A DNA stretch of 64,000 bases from a virus (taxonomy: Duplodnaviria > Caudoviricetes), in IMG/VR virus record IMGVR_UViG_3300033072_000181, positions 1 to 64,000 of that record, one strand, 5' to 3'. The notes below the pieces were generated by a model. That model searched no databases, was not told the origin of the DNA, and saw only the letters and a list, made by a program, of their open reading frames with translations. A program made the position numbers and the translations under genes. Below, one piece after another: positions 58,834 to 64,000 of the stretch (the first letter of the stretch is position 1; the number at the start of each line of letters is the position of its first letter).

Positions 58834-59260
58834 TTGTTTTCCCTCCTACTGGCTTGTTGTTTCCTGCTAATTTAGATACTTCTTTATCAATGATGTAATT
58901 GATATATGCAATTCTAATGTCTGAATTAGATAAACCATTAGTATTAATACCTAGACCATCAACCACATTCTCAATAACACCAGTAACATAATATTTTAAA
59001 TAACTCTCTAGTTCATGTTTAAATCGGTTTAGATACTTGATGTTATAACACACCTTTTGCTCTTTAATTTGTTCTATAAAGTGACAAAGATAATGGTAAT
59101 GCTTTACTTCAGGAGTATTTAAGCAACCCTTGTTACAATATTTCTTATAAAGTTCAAGAAAGTAATACAAGAATTCACTATATGTTTTAGCTTTTGGTAG
59201 TTTAGTTAATGCTACATAATTATATCCATACTCATCTACAATGTAAGCTCTATCATTCAT
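58826..59260 (-). CDS. Hypothetical protein, paralogue of 59269..59682
   Basis: Shared PKAKTY.EFL, YLCHFI.QIKEQ.VC.N.KYLNRF. Confidence 0.7.
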   Translation of the reverse strand: MNDRAYIVDEYGYNYVALTKLPKAKTYSEFLYYFLELYKKYCNKGCLNTPEVKHYHYLCHFIEQIKEQKVCYNIKYLNRFKHELESYLKYYVTGVIENVVDGLGINTNGLSNSDIRIAYINYIIDKEVSKLAGNNKPVGGKTND

Positions 59261-59268
59261 TTGGTTTT

Positions 59269-59682
59269 CTACCTGTTTGCTAGTTCATCAATAAGAAACT
59301 GTAGATATTTCTTGCGGTTTTCATAAACACTTCCTTCATTAATACCATATCCAGAAAGTACTCGTTCAATAATACTGGTACCAAATTTCTCCAAATCACT
59401 TACTAACCTAGAATTAAATCGGTTTAGATACTTGCTGTTAGAACATACACCTTGCTCTTTGATCTGTTGTATAAAGTGACAAAGATACTTATATGGTCGT
59501 TCAAAATCATACACAGCAGTACCATACACGTACTTTTTATCACAATATTCAGAATATACATCTAACAAGATACCAAGGAATTCACCGTATGTTTTAGCTT
59601 TAGGAAATACTGGCAATGCAATATCAGTAATACACTGTGGCAACTGGTTGTTATCCATCTTAGTATCAGTTTCACAATTCAT
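59269..59682 (-). CDS. Hypothetical protein, paralogue of 58826..59260
   Basis: Shared motifs and shared DNA segments. Confidence 0.7.
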   Translation of the reverse strand: MNCETDTKMDNNQLPQCITDIALPVFPKAKTYGEFLGILLDVYSEYCDKKYVYGTAVYDFERPYKYLCHFIQQIKEQGVCSNSKYLNRFNSRLVSDLEKFGTSIIERVLSGYGINEGSVYENRKKYLQFLIDELANR

Positions 59683-59693
59683 TTGTTTTTCTC

Positions 59694-60121
59694 CTAGTTA
59701 GTACCACCAGAACCGTATTCTACACTCTTTGTGCAGGCTTTACCACAACTTTCTGTACGTGTAGCTTGCGTTTTAACTGACTTTTCAATACCAGATACAT
59801 CAGCACACACTGTAGAATAAACAGGCTTTTATGAATGTAGGTTTCATATACCTTGCATGAATTAAACTCTCTTACAACGTGCGGTGTTTCTAATCGTTCT
59901 GTTTCAGCTAGTTCGGCAGCTAGTCTAGCTTCTTCTTCAGCTTGTATTGAAGGATCAGAATTATACATAAAAATAGCACCAACTACACAACTTAAAGCAT
60001 TCAACACCATTACACCACCTAGAATTTCTTTATCTTTACCTTCATCATATAAAGAACTACCCACAATACAAAGTAATACAGCTAAGAGTAGTAGCAACGT
60101 AATACCAACGGTTAATGTCAT
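59694..60121 (-). pseudogene. Membrane-anchored protein with an apparent 1-nt frameshift near 59828
   Basis: Two TM segments then PHVVREFNSCKVY; the shifted frame reads KPVYSTVCAD...ESCGKACTK and stops at 59694 against the next SD. Confidence 0.55.
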
Positions 60122-60154
60122 CTTGCAATCCCCTAACGTTAATCAATGATTCGT

Positions 60155-60183
60155 ATCATACGTAACATCCTAACTCTTGTCAA
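60155..60183 (-). promoter_or_regulatory. Promoter at the start of the leftward replication block
   Basis: Minus strand TTGACA-N17-TATGAT. Confidence 0.85.
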
Positions 60184-60227
60184 GAACTTTCTTAACGATA
60201 AGCACTAAAAATATTTTGCACGTACTC

Positions 60228-60255
60228 TTGACAGATCAGAAAACGATGATACAAT
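60228..60255 (+). promoter_or_regulatory. Rightward promoter
   Basis: TTGACA-N16-TACAAT with extended TG. Confidence 0.8.
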
Positions 60256-60303
60256 AGAACCATCAGTTCTAGCAAACGGTATATCATACGTTATAGCTGC
60301 TGT

Positions 60304-60488
60304 TATACGTATGCTATACATAGGTTATAACGTGTATAGTAGCTGCTGTTATATAACATACGATATAATATAGGTATGTATAATTAATTATTCTTTAAAT
60401 ATAATCTATATATTAACGTATATACTAACGGTAATATACCAGTTATATAGCAGTTATAACTAACGTATATACTACCGTTAAGCTAACG
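60304..60488 (+). repeat. Dispersed non-coding repeat, copy B (partner 4604-4777)
   Basis: Same cores as copy A, plus an 11-bp internal insertion tagcagttata. Confidence 0.95.
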
Positions 60489-60516
60489 CTAGTAAATCAC
60501 AAAGTAAGGAGAAATT

Positions 60517-61164
60517 ATGAAAACAACTTTAAAGATTGAAGCTGCACTAGATGCTTACAGAAAGCATACAGGTGAGCTACTATCAGCAGAAGAAGCATTT
60601 GTAGCTGGTTATTGTGCTGCTGTTGATGTGCTATCAGAACGTAATGCTAAACAGGATGATGTATCAGCCGATACAACAAACATTCCTTATGTACAACCGG
60701 CTATTTTATCATCCGTTACATCTGGTACTAAGTTAAAAGAACATCAAGGGTTAAAGAAACAAACGAATTGTCCATTCGATTACAGCACTAAATCTACAAT
60801 TTCTAGTAGCTCAGTAAGAAAAGAGTTTACAAACAGGATTTCATCTGCTAGACTAGCTCAAAATGTAGCGGCATGTAGTACTTATAGCAAAACAGAAGTT
60901 CAGGATTGCTTGTACTTGATACTTAACGCTATCCTTGATAATTTGTTTGAAGGTAACGAAGTAGTGCTTGACAAGTTTGGTGTGTTTAAACTAAAGTATA
61001 ACAAACCTAGACAAGTAGTTAATCCGTTTTATGGTAAGTTTATATCTGAACCTAGCTTGAGTATCCGCTTTACGTTAAACAGAGAATTAAACCGTTATGT
61101 TAGTGCTAATCGAGCAGCACTAATTGAATATTTGAATAATAAGGAGAGTGTAAATGCCAGCTAA
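60517..61164 (+). CDS. HU/IHF-like DNA-binding protein with long N-terminal extension
   Basis: C-terminal ILDNLFEGNEVVLDKFGVF....KPR...NP..GK....P...IRF. Confidence 0.8.
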   Translation: MKTTLKIEAALDAYRKHTGELLSAEEAFVAGYCAAVDVLSERNAKQDDVSADTTNIPYVQPAILSSVTSGTKLKEHQGLKKQTNCPFDYSTKSTISSSSVRKEFTNRISSARLAQNVAACSTYSKTEVQDCLYLILNAILDNLFEGNEVVLDKFGVFKLKYNKPRQVVNPFYGKFISEPSLSIRFTLNRELNRYVSANRAALIEYLNNKESVNAS

Positions 61165-61366
61165 AATTCTTGGAAGTGAAGGTAGAGCAATTAAAGCATA
61201 CCTTGAATTTGAAAATTTGAGTTATGTAATACAAGAACAAAATATTATTAGTAACGGAAAAATAAAGAATGTATTTACAGTTAAATGTAATAGTGAGTAT
61301 AAGAATTTTACTAACTTTTATGATCTTGTTAATTATGTAGTGCATAACGGTCTTGCACTCTGTTAA
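61154..61366 (+). CDS. Hypothetical protein
   Basis: ORF track; AAGGAG SD. Confidence 0.6.
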   Translation: MPAKILGSEGRAIKAYLEFENLSYVIQEQNIISNGKIKNVFTVKCNSEYKNFTNFYDLVNYVVHNGLALC

Positions 61367-61382
61367 GTAAAGGATAGCTCAA

Positions 61383-61634
61383 ATGCCAGTTGAAACCCTA
61401 GGTTATTTAATTATATATTTTAGTTGTTTGATTGCTATGGTTGCAACTAAGTATATTCTATCCTGTGTTAATTCCCAAAAATATATTTGTAGATTATATG
61501 ATAAGGACTATAATAAGCTATATGATAGTTGGTGTTATGGTGAAATTGAGACTGATGAATATTCAGATAAACTAGATAATATTCGTTACAGTTTTATTCT
61601 ATTTACTAATCGAGATAAACATGCGAAAGACTAA
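61383..61634 (+). CDS. Hypothetical membrane-anchored protein
   Basis: ORF track; N-terminal hydrophobic segment. Confidence 0.55.
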   Translation: MPVETLGYLIIYFSCLIAMVATKYILSCVNSQKYICRLYDKDYNKLYDSWCYGEIETDEYSDKLDNIRYSFILFTNRDKHAKD

Positions 61635-61767
61635 ACGAAAGAACAAAGCTAAACAAAGGAATCTAGTAGCTAAAGATTTGTTGACAAACCCTTTGTATAA
61701 GCGTAAGATTCATACCAATCGAAAGAAATCTGAACGTAACAAACACAAGGAGAATGAAAATGACTGA
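61621..61767 (+). CDS. ArfA-like basic peptide (48 aa, not in track)
   Basis: MRKTKRKNKAKQRNLVAKDLLTNPLYKRKIHTNRKKSERNKHKENEND; motif N...LL..PL[YF][KR].[KR][IV]..N[RK]K. Confidence 0.6.
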   Translation: MRKTKRKNKAKQRNLVAKDLLTNPLYKRKIHTNRKKSERNKHKENEND

Positions 61768-61963
61768 AACTAAAGTTGATCCTAACGAAGCACCTGACGG
61801 TTATGTTGCTGTTGAGTATCTAGATGTATGTTGTAGCAATTGCGTTTTTGATTCAGATATTGTAGCTTGCAATAATGCACCTTGTCTAGGTAAGTATAGA
61901 AAAGACAAAACAGCAGTATATTTCATCAAAGCAAAAGCAAAGGAGAACAACTATGGACTTTGA
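61754..61963 (+). CDS. Small Cys-rich hypothetical protein
   Basis: EAPDGYVAV..CSNC.F....C...PC....RKD...VYF. Confidence 0.65.
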   Translation: MKMTETKVDPNEAPDGYVAVEYLDVCCSNCVFDSDIVACNNAPCLGKYRKDKTAVYFIKAKAKENNYGL

Positions 61964-62387
61964 CCTAAAAGATTATGAAGTATATAGCAGCAATAAAGCA
62001 CAATGTTTAGAATGCGGTAGTATTATTGAATCTAAGCACGTACATGACTTTGTAACTTGCAGTTGTGGTAAGTTATCGCTTGATGGTGGAACAGAGTATC
62101 AGCGAGTCGTATTTACTGATTATAGTAAGATTAAGTTTCTATCAGAATTCCGTTATATGTCACTACAAGAAGTAACAGACCGCATCTTACGTAATGAGGC
62201 ACGGATTAAATCTCCATATATTTCTGATTTTTCTAAGACTTATTACAGTGAACAATTAGCATCTGATCTAGCCTATCGTGAGTATTTGCTAGCTGGTAAA
62301 ACAGAGGATAAAGCTGCTAGTAAAGCTGCCAGTAAAGCTGCCAGTAAAGCTGCTAGTAAAGCTGGTACTGACGAACATGAAACCTAA
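61953..62387 (+). CDS. Zinc-binding hypothetical protein with KAAS tail
   Basis: CLECG.IIES.H.HDFVTCSCG.LSLDGG motif. Confidence 0.75.
   Translation: MDFDLKDYEVYSSNKAQCLECGSIIESKHVHDFVTCSCGKLSLDGGTEYQRVVFTDYSKIKFLSEFRYMSLQEVTDRILRNEARIKSPYISDFSKTYYSEQLASDLAYREYLLAGKTEDKAASKAASKAASKAASKAGTDEHET
62309..62368 (+). repeat. In-frame 12-bp tandem repeat TAAAGCTGCYAG x4+ (KAAS)
   Basis: Read directly. Confidence 0.9.
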
Positions 62388-62796
62388 ACACATAAAAGCA
62401 TATATGCGGTGTGCTGAAGCATTTGCTGAATGCAGCAGTAGTACTCGATTGCTAGTTGGGGCTGTTATCGTAAAGAACAACAGGATCATTAGCTGCGGAT
62501 ATAACGCACTTCCAGCACACATTAACGGTAGTTTAGAGGATAGTAATGGTTGTACTAAGCCAGAGGTTAGACACGCTGAAAAGAACGCTCTGTTAGGTCT
62601 AGTTAAATCATCCGAAAGTTCTGTTGGTGCTACTTTGTTCTGTACTCATGCCCCATGTAAGTACTGTGCTATTGATATTGTAGATAGTGGTATAACGTGC
62701 GTTTATTATAAGCATTCGTACAGGTCAAGCGAAGGGTTAGAATACCTGCGAAATAACAAAGTTGAACTACATCTTTTTGTTGACAACGCAGGGTAA
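62377..62796 (+). CDS. dCMP deaminase
   Basis: VGAVIV, GYN, HAEKNAL, THAPCKYC. Confidence 0.93.
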   Translation: MKPKHIKAYMRCAEAFAECSSSTRLLVGAVIVKNNRIISCGYNALPAHINGSLEDSNGCTKPEVRHAEKNALLGLVKSSESSVGATLFCTHAPCKYCAIDIVDSGITCVYYKHSYRSSEGLEYLRNNKVELHLFVDNAG

Positions 62797-62808
62797 GGTT
62801 GGTATGAT
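62780..62808 (+). promoter_or_regulatory. Sigma70-like promoter
   Basis: TTGACA-N17-TATGAT. Confidence 0.85.
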
Positions 62809-62843
62809 TCGTTTGTGTTTAATTTTTAAGGAGGTAACTAGTA

Positions 62844-63302
62844 ATGCCAGAGCACTATTGGGCGCAAGAGCATACGATTGAAGCAGAGCTAGAGACGATT
62901 GCTTGTGGAGCTACTGGTCAGTTATTGCAGAAATGGCAAAAGAAGGCCATATACAAAGCCATTAAACAATTAAAAAAATTAGATAAATCCCGCAGCACCA
63001 TAGCAGAACAAGCCGAGTGGATTAAGCGGCAACACGATGCGATTCTTTCGCAGGACGAAGCTATCAGCCAGTTACAAAATACGCTAATAGAGAGTGCAGT
63101 AGGGCAGGACAAATGCTTGGAGTGGATTAAACAGCTTGAGAACATTCTACAAGAAGTACTAAGAGTTGCACCTAGTGAAATTACGTGCGATAATCTTCAT
63201 CACCGTAAGAAAGATCAACACGCATGTAATGAACCATGTCCTATAGAAATCCGGTATTCTGAAACAATAGAAAATGCCAATAAAGTGTTACAAGGGGAGT
63301 AA
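62844..63302 (+). CDS. Hypothetical coiled-coil protein
   Basis: ORF track; AAGGAGG SD. Confidence 0.65.
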   Translation: MPEHYWAQEHTIEAELETIACGATGQLLQKWQKKAIYKAIKQLKKLDKSRSTIAEQAEWIKRQHDAILSQDEAISQLQNTLIESAVGQDKCLEWIKQLENILQEVLRVAPSEITCDNLHHRKKDQHACNEPCPIEIRYSETIENANKVLQGE

Positions 63303-63303
63303 T

Positions 63304-63447
63304 ATGTAAATCAGCACACAGCATATCCGCTAGCTATGTAAGAAACTTGACGATAAACTGGCGTTAAACACATTGATTGAGCAGCATCAACAAGAGATTA
63401 AAAGCATAGAGAAACAGCTTGCAGAACTATTGACAAGTAACAAGTAA
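63304..63447 (+). pseudogene. Possible small coiled-coil pseudogene with two in-frame stops
   Basis: GGGGAG SD, then ATG TAA ...CGC TAG CTA..., then an open heptad-like LCKKLDDKLALNTLIEQHQQEIKSIEKQLAELLTSNK. Confidence 0.4.
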
Positions 63448-63458
63448 GCACATACAAT
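63430..63458 (+). promoter_or_regulatory. Sigma70-like promoter
   Basis: TTGACA-N17-TACAAT. Confidence 0.85.
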
Positions 63459-63491
63459 TGCTACATCGTTACTGACTAAGGAGAGAAACAA

Positions 63492-63809
63492 ATGGCTAAC
63501 TGTACTGTTGAAACTGTTGTAAAAGAAAAGGTAGTAACAGTGGAAGAAAAAGTTGTAAATCTTGAACTAACTGAAATTGAAGCGTATGTTCTGGCTACTG
63601 TACTAGGTAGTATCGGAGGTCATCCTATTACTACACTTAGGGCTTATTGTGATAACATTCGTGAAAGTTTGAATTTAATTGGTTATGATACACTTCGTTT
63701 CAATACAGTTTGTGTTACTTCAGACGTTTATACTGAAAAGGATACGTTGTATTTTGCTGAAGGTAGTATTAGTATTGCGGAACATCTTAAAAGTCAAGGT
63801 ATCAACTAA
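63492..63809 (+). CDS. Hypothetical protein
   Basis: ORF track; AAGGAG SD. Confidence 0.7.
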   Translation: MANCTVETVVKEKVVTVEEKVVNLELTEIEAYVLATVLGSIGGHPITTLRAYCDNIRESLNLIGYDTLRFNTVCVTSDVYTEKDTLYFAEGSISIAEHLKSQGIN

Positions 63810-63827
63810 TTTTATAAGGAGCGATAA

Positions 63828-64000
63828 ATGCGTAAATGGGTAGTTTGGTGTCTTACAAATAATCTTTCATTTGTTGTCTATATTGTTTTGATTCTCAGCA
63901 TTCCTCTTTATGTGCTAGTTTATATTCCAGAGGGGCTAAAGGATTGGTCTAGAGATTTCCGTTTGCTTAAATCTGAACATAAAAAGATCAAGAGTATTAC
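63828..64000 (+). CDS. Membrane protein, truncated by the window end
   Basis: MRKWVVWCLTNNLSFVVYIVLILSIPLYVLVYIP...; AAGGAG SD; open to the end. Confidence 0.6.
   Translation, partial: MRKWVVWCLTNNLSFVVYIVLILSIPLYVLVYIPEGLKDWSRDFRLLKSEHKKIKSI

Noticed and set aside
2501-63145. Many short opposite-strand or alternate-frame track ORFs (e.g. 2501, 3445, 9222, 9969, 11423, 12093, 15390, 15996, 18227, 21662, 22658, 24783, 26055, 27531, 27783, 29957, 30618, 33072, 34886, 35637, 36380, 37267, 39923, 42700, 45073, 46394, 48869, 50991, 52011, 53532, 55982, 57353, 57887, 58328, 59853, 61106, 62289, 62918)
   Set aside because: They lie within well-supported genes, lack SDs and recognisable motifs, and are expected shadows of biased codon usage.
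1-64000. Stop-codon reassignment
   Set aside because: Long conserved genes are intact in the standard code, all three stops terminate genes, breaks are explained by introns, and no suppressor tRNA is seen.

Overview
AT-rich window of a tailed dsDNA bacteriophage with siphovirus-type morphogenesis genes. No integrase or repressor is visible. It has four transcription blocks. (1) 1-4460, minus strand: metallophosphoesterase, ClpP-like protease, PhoH. (2) About 4530-37650, plus strand: tRNA cluster, packaging, head, tail and lysis genes. (3) About 37700-60150, minus strand: nucleotide metabolism and replication (NrdAB, ThyX, exonucleases, SSB, family A DNA polymerase, primase-helicase, RNA and DNA ligases). 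(4) About 60200-64000, plus strand: HU-like protein, dCMP deaminase, small ORFs. The ORF track fragments three essential genes because terL, the portal gene and the DNA polymerase gene each carry a group I intron. I resolved the splice junctions by hand, and the portal intron encodes an HNH endonuclease. NrdA carries a Gln-ending intein at its catalytic cysteine. Less expected signals: two tRNAs with apparent compensatory changes of the conserved G19-C56 elbow pair; a multi-hairpin RNA ahead of the tRNAs; an unannotated 48-aa ArfA-like ORF; a non-coding element of about 180 bp duplicated at both divergent-promoter junctions; a tail-chaperone frameshift that appears to be +1; a second, diverged tail-tube paralogue; and a primase-helicase lacking its zinc-binding domain. 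All product calls come from motif recognition by eye, with no database searches run.
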